From Somniosus microcephalus (lineage: Eukaryota), in NCBI GenBank assembly GCA_052327205.1, contig CM126202.1, positions 351,540,001 through 351,604,000 on the forward strand: a DNA stretch of 64,000 bases, given 5' to 3'. The notes under the pieces are model-generated. The model searched no databases and was not told the DNA's origin. It saw only the letters and a list, made by a program, of their open reading frames with translations. Shown piece by piece: positions 35,545 to 47,911 of the stretch; position 1 is the first letter of the stretch; every line of letters begins with the position of its first letter. The position numbers and the translations under genes were made by a program.

Positions 35545-36824
35545 TTGAGGTAAATTCCATAATACCTGCGGGAAGCTACTTGACGGGAGAGCAGGTCAGA
35601 GTTCGGGCTACAGCACTGTAATGGCGATTTCCTAACCCGTCTTCCCATCGATCAATGATCCCCACTGGGATTTACCCAATTTTTCCTTCTTGCTTTAAAT
35701 CCTATAGGGATGGAAATGTTGTCCAGCAGCAGCAGAAAAAAGTAGCGTAAGGAAAATTCACAGTGCAGGCGATAGCAAAGACCAGTTGGTGAATTGAAAT
35801 TGATAAATCTTGAGATGCCAAGTCTAAAGGGGAGAGCCAAGATTCAGCACTTTGCTGTCTTGTGTAATCCTCAGAGGTTTCTCCCCCAGTTCAGTTGGAG
35901 GTATCCGTTATCTTTTATCCAATATATTGTTGATTAAAGATAAGGGTAAAGGGCATTTCTGAAAAGGGGAGAGCCAGTGCAAAACTTTGGCTTTATTTAG
36001 TTCCAAACTTGCTCTGTGTCTTAAGTTGTTACTGTGAAGTTAGGAATCACAGACTGGATCCTGAGGAGACCTTGCGCAGACTTTCTTCACACCTTATCCT
36101 CTCTTTTTTCGTCCTTCTCTCTCATCCTACACACTCTACGTGACAAACTGCAGCTCTTTCACTAAATGGAGGCCAGCCTTACTGAAGATGCGGTGTTAGT
36201 TGATCTGACCCTAGCAAACACCTGATCACAGACTGGCACCACATGTACTTTAGAGGGTAGACCAGAGCAGGGGTATTCACGCAGTGACTCCCTGGCCACA
36301 AGTGTGCAGGAGCTAGGGCAGAGAGATAGGGTGCTAAAGATGACATCACATTCTAGCACTGCTGCAGAGGACTCAGATGCTGACTTCAAGGGCTCAGGGT
36401 ACCAAAGAAGGCTGATCGGCATACAGCGTGCAATGGTAGGTGCTCCGGGCCCCCTGCCACCGAGCTTGCACACACTGGCTCTGAGCATAGAGGAGCCTAG
36501 CTCTAACGTGTCGGGGCTTCGCACAGAGCCTGGAGACCAGCGAGTGGTCAGCTCCATGAACGCGACAGTGGAGTACAATGATGGAGCCTCGGGTAACAGC
36601 TCTGACAGCTTCCATGGCAGCTCACGTTGATTCCCATTAAAGCTCAAACAGTTGCCATCTTGGCTTTGGGGGCTAATATTGACCGGGGCTTCTAGAGTGT
36701 CACATCACTCTTGACTCCATTGGAGAAGCACCTGCTGCCCTCTGAGAGCACACCTATTCCTCCACCACCCACTCCACCCGTACCCTTGTTAGTGCCACAC
36801 AGCAAGCTGGGCCAAACTGATGCT
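35545..36824 (+). mobile_element. Degenerate probable Harbinger remnant (second-ORF-like region), interrupted by Gypsy; may continue at ~47060-47260
   Basis: GC-rich decayed coding-like sequence of a type seen in such elements; no clear motif. Confidence 0.3.
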
Positions 36825-37158
36825 TGTTGTGTCTCAAGGGGTTTTATACCCTTACCTATATAACAATTAAGAAGGACTCCGGGGTGGAGAGTTTAGTTAA
36901 CGGCCATTTTATTTACAATATGCTTCTTCACTCAATGCACTACATTTCCCATAGTGCATTGCAAATCACCACTATGGTATCCCATGTGGGACAATTCTAA
37001 TACACATTCAAAATACACAACATATTTCCTCCCCCTTAAAATAGAATGTCCACAAAACAGAATAACTGAAAATGACTATAACTTTGGAAGAGAGAGTAGA
37101 CTGCCTCTACATTCTGCTAACCCTGGGGATTATTCTGCCCCATGCACACAGGTTAGCA

Positions 37159-40100
37159 CTAACTGTAACTAAGGCGTGCTGGAGGCTGCCTTTCTCTTTG
37201 GGGGTAACGCCTAGTCTCAGGAGCAGGCTCTGGCTGGCTCTCCCGTGACCCTGCAGGTGTGGCTTCCTCCCTCGATGGCACAAGAGTGGATGGTGCCTCC
37301 GTCTCAGGGTCGGACGACCAGTCCCTGCTGGAGCCCCCAGCAGGTCCTTGATCCTCTGTTTCTTGGGTTACCTGTGGTGACTGTCTTGGCAGTAACTGGT
37401 CTACATGCCATCTCCATGTTCGGTCGTCTCCGGTGCGGACTCGGTATGAAACGGGGCCCGTCTTTAAAATGACCGTAGTCGGGACCCACCACTCCGGGGT
37501 GGTGTAGTTACGCATGAGGACTTTGCCCCCCACCACAAAGTGTCATTCTTTGGACCTCTGAGCTTGTCTGCTGACTTGATCCTGCTGATTGGCGTGCACC
37601 ACTGCTTCTGTGGACGTTGGCCTCAGCAGGTCAAGGCGTGTCCGTAGCTGCCTTCCCATGAGTAGGTAAGCAGGAGATGCTCCAGTCGTAGCATGAGGCG
37701 TGTTTCGGTATTTCAGCAAGAAAGCAGTCAGACGCTGCTTTAGAGGAGCATCACTTCTTGCCGCTTTCAACGCGTGTTTCAGCGTTCTGACAAATCTCTC
37801 CACCAATCCATTCGTGGATGGATGCTAAGGTGCGGAGAACGTGTGCTGGATTCCATTGCTCTTGAGGAACTCCTCCATCTCCTGGGACGTGAACTGTGTT
37901 CCATTGTCAGTTACGATCTGCTCCGGCAGACCAAATCGCCCGAACATCTCTCTCAGAGTCTCGATGGTTTTCTCCGTAGTGGTAGTGGACATTACTGCAA
38001 CCTCCGGCCATTTGGAATGGGAGTCCACCGCGATCAGGAACATCGCTCCTTCCACTGGTCCTGCGAAGTCCAGATGGATCCGTTGCCACGTTGTCGCCGG
38101 CCATTCCCATGGATGCAGTGGCGCTGCTCTTGGAATATTCCTGGTTGTCTCGCATGATGGGCATGATTTTGCTGCAACTTCAATTTCATGATCCAGACCG
38201 GGCCACCAGCAGTAACTTCGTGCCAGCTCCTTCATCCGGACAATACCACAATGTCCTGAGTGCAGCTCGTTGAGGACATGTTTCCGCAGCTTTGGTGGTA
38301 TGATCACTTGCATGCCCCAAAGGAGGCATCCTGACGTGACAGACAACTCCTTCCCTCTTGACAGGTAAGGTAGGAGCTCAGGTGGTGCATCTGACACCCG
38401 TGATCCATCTCCTCGCATCACCCGATCCAGCACCTTGGATAGCGTAGGGTCCACTCTGGTCTCTTTCTTGACCTGCCGGGCCGTGACAGGGGCGTTGCTC
38501 ACCATGTCAAAGTAGAAAATCTTCTGCTCACAGCCTTCGGAGGGCACAGGCAGCGGAAGTCTTGACAATCCGTCCGCATTGCCATGTGCTGCTGACCTCC
38601 GGTATTTGATGTTGTAATTGTGAGCGCTTAACATCAGTGCCCAGCGCTGCATCCTGCACGCTGCCAGGGAGGGTATTCCTGTGTGTGGATCAAAGATCGA
38701 TGTCAGAGAACGATGATCCGTCAGCAAGGTGAATTTCCTTCCGAACAAGTAGTGATGGAACTTTTTGATTCCAAAGATGATGCCCAAAGCCTCTTTTTTG
38801 ATCTGCGGGTATTTCACCTCCGCCTTGCTCAGGGACCTTGACGCAAATGCAATCGGCTTCTCTTCGCCTGAGGGAAAGATGTGGGACACGACTGCGCCGA
38901 CGCCATAAGGCGACGCGTTACAGGCCAGCTGAATCTGCAACGACGGGTCAAAGTGCGTCAACACTCTGGGGTCAGTCAAAGCTGCTTTGGCTTTCTTGAA
39001 TGCAGCTTCGCACTCCTTCGTCCACGCCCAGGCCTTGCCCTGACACAGCAACTCATGTAATGGCTTCAACAGTGATGCCAGCTGTGGAATAAACTTTCCG
39101 TAATAGTTCAGGAGACCTAAGAATGACCGCAGCTGGCCGACATTTGTAGGTGCAGGAGCGTCGGCAATGGCTTTCACTTTCGACAGTGCTGTGTGTAGGC
39201 CATCCGCGTCGATGACATGGCCTAGGTACTCCACTGATGGCTTGAAAAATTCGCATTTGTCCTTGCGAATGCGTAAGCCATATTCTTCAAGTCTTCCCAG
39301 TGTCTTCATCAGGTTCTGCAGATGCTCGTTGTCATCCTTTCCTGTGACAAGCATATCGTCGAGATAACATTGTACCCCTGGAATGCCGCTTAAGATCTGG
39401 TCCATAGCCCGCTGAAACAATGCTGGTGCTGACGTTATACCAAAGGGTAGGCGACAGTACCTGTAGAGGCCCTTGTGGGTGGTGATGGTGAGGTACTTCT
39501 GTGAGTCCTCTTCTACATGCATCTGCAAGTAGGCTTGGCATAGATCAAACTTGCTAAACTTCTGACCGCCTGCTAGACCCGCGAAAAGATCTTCAATGAT
39601 GGGGAGGGGGTACTGTTCAGCTGAGAGAACAGGATTCACTGTTACTTTGAAATCTCCACATAAGCGAACCGCGCTGTCACTCTTCATCACTGGTACCACG
39701 GGCGTGACCCACTCACTGTGCGAAACCAGCACCAGGACCCCTATCTTGACCAGACGCTCCAGGTCAGCCTCCACCTTTGGTCTGAGGGCGTAGGGAATGT
39801 TCCTGGGCTTCAGGAATCGTGGCTGGCTGTCAGGCTTCACCTTGAGTTTGACCGTAATCCCCTTCATACTCCCCAATTCTCCGTCAAAGACAGCCGCATG
39901 CTTTGTCAACACTGCCGCTATCCCCGCCTCTTCGACTGACACCGCATTCACTTTTTTCCAATCCAGATGAATTTTCTCCAACCATGGCCTGCCCATCAGG
40001 GATGGATAGTCACCCTTGACCACGTAAACTGGCAGCATCACGGTTTGTCCATTAAGCTCCACCTTGACCTCCGTCTTACCCAGCATTGGGACTGTTTCCC

Positions 40101-41077
40101 CAGTGTAGGTCTTTAAGATGAGCTTGGCCGGCGTCAGTGATAGATGGTTCAGTTTTTCTTTGAATAGCTTCACTAAAATCAAGGAGACAGCGGCTCCCAT
40201 ATCCAGCTCCATTTTGACCAGTATTCCCTCTAGTAGTGGAGTGACTCCATAGCCTGATGAGCCTCCATTCACCGTTAACACATGGAGATTCAGCTCCCCA
40301 TCAGAGTCTGTGTCACTGTCTTCCTGTTCTTGTTTCACCATGTGTAGGTTTTTCTTTTTAGAACGCCAGTTGGATGTGTTTCCTTGTTTGTTTTTGTGTG
40401 TCTCTGTGTAGGATTGTTTGCTTTGCCCTTTACACAAACGTTCAATGTGTCCTTTCTTTTCACATTTCCGACAGGTCAGGTCTTTACACCAACAGTCCGA
40501 TGGCTGATGACCTGACCTTCCACATCTGTAACACTCTCTGGCGCCCCTTGCATGCTTATCCGGTGTAGCTGCTACCCTGTGCACTCTAGTTGCAGCCCCC
40601 AGCAGCTGTGCATCTTTAGCTGCTAACTCCATAGACACAGCGAGCTCCACTGCTGATTTAAGCATCAGTTTGTCAGTCGTGAGCAAGCGCTTCTGTGTTG
40701 CTTCACATCTTAATCCACACACAAACCTATCACGGACAGTGTCATTTAGAGTTTCACCAAACTCACAATGCTCAGTTAGCTTCTTTAGCACTGCAACATA
40801 TTCGGCTATGGACTCACCCTCCCCTTGGTTTCATTTGTGAAACCTGAACCTCTCGGCAATCAGCAGCGGCTTGGGTGTGAAATGTGTTTCTAAAACTTCC
40901 ACAATCTGATCATATGTCTTAGCGCCGGGCTTATCCGGGTGCATCAAACTCCGTAATAAGCCAAATGTTTTTGCTCCGATCACACTGAGGAACGTCGTCA
41001 CTTTCACGTCATCTTTAATGCCATTTGCAGTCACGAAAAATCCAAAACGCTCTGTATAAGCACTCCATTGCTCTGCC
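37159..41077 (-). pseudogene. Gypsy gag-pol single reading frame (ATG at 46219, beyond the CR1)
   Basis: CCHC knuckles, protease LDMGA, RT YLDD, RNase H, integrase HHCC and DDE; one frame throughout with three in-frame stops (40831, 37825, 37543). Confidence 0.95.
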
Positions 41078-41205
41078 GAGCAGCGCGGCAGAGTGACTAC
41101 AAGAGGCCCCAGAGGCTCAGGTAGGCCTCAGTGCGGCATCGGCAGCGGCGGGAGGCGGAGCAGCGCGGCAGAGCGACTACAAGAGGCCCCAGAGGCTCAG
41201 GTAGG
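41078..41205 (+). repeat. 80-bp tandem repeat (1.6 units) at the CR1 5' end
   Basis: GAGCAGCGCGGCAGAG(T/C)GACTACAAGAGGCCCCAGAGGCTCAGGTAGG at 41078 and 41158. Confidence 0.9.
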
Positions 41206-41994
41206 TGTTCCAATCTCAGGCAAGGAGAGAGGTAAAAAGTATTCAAGGTGTGACGTCACCACAAAACAGGTAGGTGATTGGTTGGAGTATTTCTCTCATT
41301 TTAAAACTTTAAGTCTGTGGTTTATAGTTTTTAAGGTTGCTGTGGTGTACCAGGGACAGTTTGTAAACCAGTGCCCTTAAATATATCATTTAACTGTAGT
41401 GAAATTGGTGGGATTCATTTAATTTTAATTAATTAGTTAAAGGGTAAGTGCGAGTCATCAAAGAGTGCTGTGAGTTTGGGTAAGAGTGAGAGTTCTTTAA
41501 TTGTTATTTCTCTTTAAATCATTCTTGATAAGATTACTTTAAGCAGTTTAAGTAAAGGGGAAAAGTTAAATATTTGGGATTCTGTTGGTTTAAGAAGAGT
41601 AAAACAAGGTTACACTGCAGTAGGAGTAAATTGGCACAGCAGGCAGTGGAAACCAGTTTTCTAACCAATCAGCAGGGGTGACTCATTTGGCTGTAAACAA
41701 ACAAACAGTATAAAAAGACCAGTCCTAGTGCGAGCAAGCACTGAGTGCAAGTCATCAAAGATTGCTGTGAGTTAGGGTAAGTGGGGTGTTAGGTGCTCTT
41801 TTCAAACTTTAACTCTGTGGGTTGTAGTTAATAAGGCCTTTCTGGTGCAGAGTGACTGTTGGTAAACCATTTAACTGGTGTAACTAGAGGGATTGATTTA
41901 ATTTAAATCCAATTAATTAAAGGGGATACTAGCATCTAAAATCGGGCAGAGGGTGTCCATAACTAACAATAAAAAATTTAATTAATTACATAGA

Positions 41995-42948
41995 ATGGAG
42001 CAGGTGATGTGTTACTGTTGCAAGATGTGGGAGCCAGTGAACCCCATTGAGGCTCACGGTGATTACGTCTGTGACAAATGTCTGCTGCTATAGGAACTCC
42101 AGCTCCATGTTGATGAGCTGGAGTCTGAGCTTCAGACACTGCGACACATCAGGGAGGGGGAGAAGTATCTGGACTCTGTGTATCAGGAGGTGGTCACACC
42201 TATGAAGTTAAGTAATTCAGATGTAGCCCATGGTCAGGGACAGGACGGTGTGACTACGAGTGAGGCAGGTACGGGGATCCAGGAGGTAGAGCTGGAGGAG
42301 CCGCAGCACTTGCTCTTGACCAACAGGTTCGAGGTTCTTACTCCCTGTGGGGACAGGAGCAGGGACTGCAGGGAGGATGAGCAACCTGGCCACAGCACCG
42401 TGGAACGGGGGGCCATTCAAGAGGGGGGAGTAAATAGAAATGTTGTAGTGGTAGGGGATAGTATTATTAGGGGGATAGATAGAGTTCTCTGCAGCCGAGA
42501 GCGAGAGTCCCGAAGGCTGTGTTGCCTACCCGGTGCCAGGGTTAAGGACATCTCCTCTGGGCTGGAAAGAAACTTGCAGTGGGAGGGGGTGGATCCAGTT
42601 GTCGTGGTCCATGTTGGTACAAACGACGTAGATAGGACTAGGAAGCCGGTTCTGTTAAAGGAGTATGAGCAGCTAGGGGTCAAATTAAAAAACAGAACCT
42701 CAAGGGTAATAATCTCTGGATTATTACCTGAGGCACGAGCGAATTTGGCTAGGACAAATAAAATTAGAGAGTTAAATGCGTGGCTCAAAGACTGGTGTGG
42801 GTGAAATGGGTTTTGCTTCCTGGGACACTGGCACCAGTACTGGGGCAGGAGGGAGCTGTTCCGTTGGGACGGGCTTCACTTGGCCAGTGCTGGGACTAGA
42901 GTCCTGGCGGATCATATAACTAGGGCTGTAGAGAGGGCTTTAAACTAA
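41995..42948 (+). pseudogene. CR1 ORF1 (zinc finger, coiled coil, SGNH esterase) with two in-frame stops
   Basis: MEQVMCYCCKMWE...CDKC; VVGDSIIR, CLPGA, VHVGTND, DGLH motifs. Confidence 0.9.
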
Positions 42949-43119
42949 CTAGTCGGGGGGGAGGTTCCTAGAGAGCAAATAATAAAAATGACAACAGAGA
43001 AGGTCATAGACTTAGGTAGCAGTGGGGAAATTAAAAACCAGAGCATGTCAGGAAGGGGCAGAAGGTATGGAGTAAAAGGTAAAGTAATAAAAAGGGCAAA
43101 AGCAGGAACTAAGTGTCAC

Positions 43120-45944
43120 AAAACATATTTGAAAGTTCTCTATCTGAATGCATGTAGCATTTGTAACAAAATAGATGAGTTAATGGCACAAATAACTACA
43201 TATGGGTATGATCTTGTGGCCATTACAGAAACATAGCTGCAGGGTGACAATGCCTGGGAATTAAACATACCAGGTTATTTAATGATCAGGAAGGACAAGC
43301 AGGAAGGAAGGGGAGGTGGGGTGGTTATGTTAATAAAGGAAGGAATCACTAATACAGAGAAATGATATTGGGTCAAAAGATCAGGATAATGAAACAGTTT
43401 GGGTGGAGGTAAGGAATAATAAGGGGGAAAAAACACTAGTGGGCATAGTCTATAGGCCTCCTGTTGGATGGAGTTGCAACTCTGTTGGACGGAGTATCAA
43501 TCAGGAAATAGTTGAGGCTTGTAATAAGGGAACATCTATAATTATGGGGGATTTTAACTATCATATTAATTGGACAAATCAAATTGGGCAGGGCTGCCTT
43601 GAGGATGAGTTCACTGAGTGTATTAGGGATGGGTTTCTTGAGCAGTATGTAACTGAACCGACCAGGGGGCAAGCAACCTTAGATCTGGTCCTGTGTAACG
43701 AGACAGGATTAATTAAAAATGTCCTAGTAAAGGATCCCCTTGGAATGAGTGACCATAACATGGTTGAATTCCATATTCAATTAGAGGGTGAGAAGGTTGG
43801 ATCTCAAACAAGCATGCTAAGCTTGAATAAAGGAGACTATGAAGGTATGAGAGCGGAATTGAGTAGAGTGGATTGGGAAAATAGATTAAAGGGTAAGACG
43901 ATATATGATCAGTGGTGTACATTTAAGGAGTTATTTTACACCTTCCAAAAAATATATATTCCACTGAGAAGAAAAGGGTGTAAAAGAAAAGACAGCCATC
44001 TGTGGCTAAGTAAAGAAATTAAGGATAGTATTCGACTAAAAACAAGGGCATATAAGGTAGTGAAATCTAGTGGGAGGATAGAGGATTGGGAAAACTTTAA
44101 AAGACAGCAAAAAATAACAAAAAGATTGATTAAGAAAGGGAAGATAGATTATGAAAGTAAATTAGCAAAAAATATAAAAACAGATAGTAAGAGTTTTTAT
44201 AGTTATATAAAAAGAAAAAGGGTGACTAAAGTAAATGTTGGTCCCTTAGAGGATGAGACCGGGAAATTAATGGTGGGAAATATGGAGATGGCAAAAACAC
44301 TGAATGAATATTTTGTATCAGTCTTTACAGTAGAAGACACTAAGAATATCCCAACACTGGACAAACAGGGGGCTATAGGGGGGGAAGGAGCTAAACACGA
44401 TCAAAATCACTAAGGAAGTGGTACTCGGTAAAATAATGGGACTCAAGGCGGATAAATCACCTGGACCTGATGTCTTACATCCTAGGGTCTTGAGGGAAGT
44501 GGCACTAGGGATTGTGGATGCATTGGTAATAATTTTCCAAAACTCCCTGGACTCAGCAAAGGTCCCGGCAGATTGGAAAACTGCTAATGTAACGCCCTTA
44601 TTTAAAAAGGGCAGTAGACAGAAGGCTGGAAACTATAGACCGGTTAGCCTAACATCTGTGGTAGGTAAAATATTGGAGTCCATTATTAAGGAGACAGTAA
44701 CAGGACATTTGGATAATCATAATTTAATAGGACAAAGTCAGCATGGTTTTATGAAGGGGAAGTCATGTTTGACAAATTTGCTGGAGTTTTTTGAGGAAGT
44801 AACATATAGGGTGGATAAAGCGGAACCAGTGGATGTAGTATATTTAGACTTCCAAAAGGCATTTGACAAGGTGCCACACAAAAGATTATTGCTTAAGATA
44901 AAAAATCACGGGATTGGGGGTAATATTCTGGCATGGATAGAGGATTGGCTATCTAACAGAAGGCAGAGAGTTGGGATAAATGGTTCATTCTCAGACTGGC
45001 AATCAGTAACTAGTGGTGTTCCGCAGGGGTCAGTGCTGGGTCCCCAACTCTTTACAATCTATATTAACGATTTGGAGGAGGGGACCGAGTGTAACATATC
45101 AAAGTTTGCAGATGATACTAAGATGGGAGGGAAAGTAGTGAGTGAGGAGGACATAAAAAACCTGCAAGGGGACATAGACAGGCTAAGTAAGTGGGCAGAG
45201 ATTTGGCAGATGGAATACAATACTGGAAAGTGTGAGGTTATGCACTTTGGCAGGATAAATCGTAGAGCAAGTTATTATCTTAATGGCAAGAAACTGGAAA
45301 GTACTGAAGTACAAAGGCATCTGGGGGTCCTGTTGCACGAAACTCAAAAGGTTAGTATGCAGGTGCAGCAAGTGATTAAGAAGGCCAATGGAATGTTGGC
45401 TTTCATTGCTAGGGGGATAGAATATGAAAATAGGGAGGTATTGCTTCAGTTGTACAAGGTATTGGTGAGACCGCACCTGGAATACTGCATACAGTTTTGG
45501 TGTCCATACTTAAGAAAAGACATACTTGCTCTCGAGTCAGTACAAAGAAGGTTCACTCAGTTAATCCCGGGGATGAGGGGATGGACATATGAGGAGAGGT
45601 TGAGTAGATTGGGACTCTACTCATTGGAGTTCAGAAGAATGAGAGGCGATCTTATTGAAACATATAAGATTGTGAAGGGGTTGGATCGGGTGGATGCGGG
45701 GAGGATGTTCCCGATGATGGATGAAACTAGAACTAGGGGACATAGTCTTAGAATAAGGGGCTGCTCTTTCAAAACTGAGATGAGGAGGAACTACTTCACT
45801 CAGAGGGTGGTAGGTCCATGGAATATGCTGCCCCAAAAAGCTGTGGAAGCTACATCATTACATAAATTTAAAACAGAAATAGACAGTTTCCTAGAAGTAA
45901 AGGGAATTAAGGGTTACGGGGAGCGGGCAGGAATTTGGACATGA
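43120..45944 (+). pseudogene. CR1 ORF2 (APE endonuclease and RT), with a stop and frameshifts
   Basis: LYLNA..I.NK, AITET, VYRPP, GDFN, SDHN; 508-aa intact RT part 44418-45944. Confidence 0.95.
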
Positions 45945-46651
45945 GTCTAGGTTCGGATCGGTCATGGCCCTATGGGTAGCGGAGTAGGCCCAGGGGCCGT
46001 GTAGCCTGATCCTGCTCCTATTTCGTGTGTCTAATTCTGTTAGATTCAGGAGATGGTTCTGTGATAGTAGATTGGCGGTTAGGATCAGATCAGCCATAAT
46101 CTTATTGAATGGCGGAGCAGGCTCGAGGGGCCGATTGGCCTACTCCTGCTCCTATTTCTTATGTTCTTATGTTCTTATGTTTCATCAAATGGTCCAAACG
46201 CTCCGGTTAGCATAGCCATTTTGTTATTTTTTTTTTTCTTTACAGTCCTTTTCCTCCACTTCGTTTCACTGTATCATTACTCTCCCCCTTCTTATTTGTG
46301 TAACACACGAACCGCCACCTTTACGAGGCGATTGCATCAGCACTAAACTGCGGGCACGCCATTAAGAAAACACAGGAACTTCTTACTTTAAACATCGCCG
46401 ATTCCAGTGCAAAGTGATGCGCAAGTCCGTCGTCCTCGTCACCAGTTTTGTTGTGTCTCAAGGGGTTTTATACCCTTACCAATATAACAATTAAGAAGGA
46501 CTCTGGCGTGGAGAGTTTAGTTAACGGCCATTTTATTTACTATGTGCTTCTTCACTCAATGCACTACATTTCCCATAGTGCATTGCAAATCACCACTACG
46601 GCATCCCATGTGGGACAATTCTAATACACATTCAAAATACACAACAATGCT

Positions 46652-47060
46652 ACAGTCTAACAATCCATTCCCTTCACCACCGGTGCACCGTGGCTGCAGT
46701 GTCTTATCTACAGGGTGCACTGCAGCAACTCACCAAAGCTTCTTTGACAGCACCTCCCAAACCCACAAACTCTACTATCTAGGACACGAGCAGCAGCCGC
46801 ATGGGAACACCATCACCACTAAAATACCCTCCTAAGTCACACACCATCCTGACCTTGACATATATCGCCATTCCTTCATCGTCGCTGGGTCAAAATTCTG
46901 GAACTCCCTACCTTACAGCACTGTGGGAGTACCTTCACCACATGGACTGCAACGGTTCAAGAAGGTGGCTCACTACCACCTTCTCAAGGGCAACTAGGGA
47001 TGGGCAATAAATGCTGACCTTTTCAGTAATGCCCATATCCCGAGAATGAATAAGAAAAAG
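46652..47060 (+). mobile_element. RTE-X-like LINE 3' fragment
   Basis: Aligns with 11690-12070 and 22530-22935. Confidence 0.75.
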
Positions 47061-47284
47061 TCTGCAGCCAGGCTTTCAAGGCCCAGAGCTGCCCCAGGTT
47101 GCTCACCTTTGCCATTTGAAGTGTCCTCACTGCAAGCTTAGCAGCAACCCATCTCCAAAGCTGTAGCCACTGGGGTCAACTTCATTGGAGCACGAGGATA
47201 GGTAAGTGAGCACACAAGACAGGCACTAAGGTGTTGCCCAACGGTGATTCTTAATTATTCCTGTTAAATATTATACACAGATGG

Positions 47285-47525
47285 AATTAGGAACATAGGA
47301 ACAGGAGTGGGCCATTCAGCCCCTCGAGCCTGCTCTGCCATTCAGTTAGATGATGATTGATCTGTACCTCAACCCCAATTACCTGCCTTTGCTCCATATC
47401 CCTTGATATCCTTACCTAACAAAAATCTATCGATCTCAGTCTTGAAAGTTAAAATTGTCCTAGGATCTACAGACATTTGGGAGAGAGAATTCTAGATTTC
47501 TGCTCTCCTTTGTGTGAACAGTGCT
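47285..47525 (-). mobile_element. Short CR1 3' end
   Basis: AGGAACAGGAGTGGGCCATTCAGCCCCTCGAGCCTGCTC is the reverse complement of the CR1 stem-loop. Confidence 0.8.
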
Positions 47526-47911
47526 TCATGACATCAGCGTATTCATGCAGGTCACATTGGTAAAATAGGAACAGACTAATATGATTCTGAAACTCAACAA
47601 GAAACTAATCGGACCATGAAAGTGAAAGCAAGAAGAACTGAGGGAGTTCCAGAATATGATGCAGAGACTGGTGTCGGGAGGATCCATGGCGACAGACCCG
47701 CAGCCTATCCGGCTTAGTTTGGTGTTGTAAAGGATGACTCTGGACGGTGATGTGGGGGTGAACTTTCTGGCCTTCGAATGACATGCAGAGCAAGAAAACT
47801 GGCCAAAAGAACAGTGGGCAGGGATAGTGGCTAACTTTTTGATAGGACACACCTAAAAGGCAAACTTTGACTTTGAACTGAGGGATGCAGATGATTACCA
47901 GAGGTGGAAGG

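Larger units (their letters stand above)
41079..46178 (+). mobile_element. Essentially full-length CR1 LINE
   Basis: ~900-bp 5' UTR, ORF1, ORF2, double 3' stem-loop, (TTCTTATG)n tail; gag codons PFDET|AEQW rejoin across it with about 1 bp duplicated. Confidence 0.97.
36825..46646 (-). mobile_element. Complete Gypsy (Mag-like) LTR retrotransposon with a full-length CR1 inserted in gag
   Basis: 198-bp LTRs 36825-37022 and 46449-46646 (7 differences by eye), TSD ATGCT, PPT next to 37023, PBS TGGTGACGAGGA (46433-46444, tRNA-Ser(GCT)-like). Confidence 0.97.
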
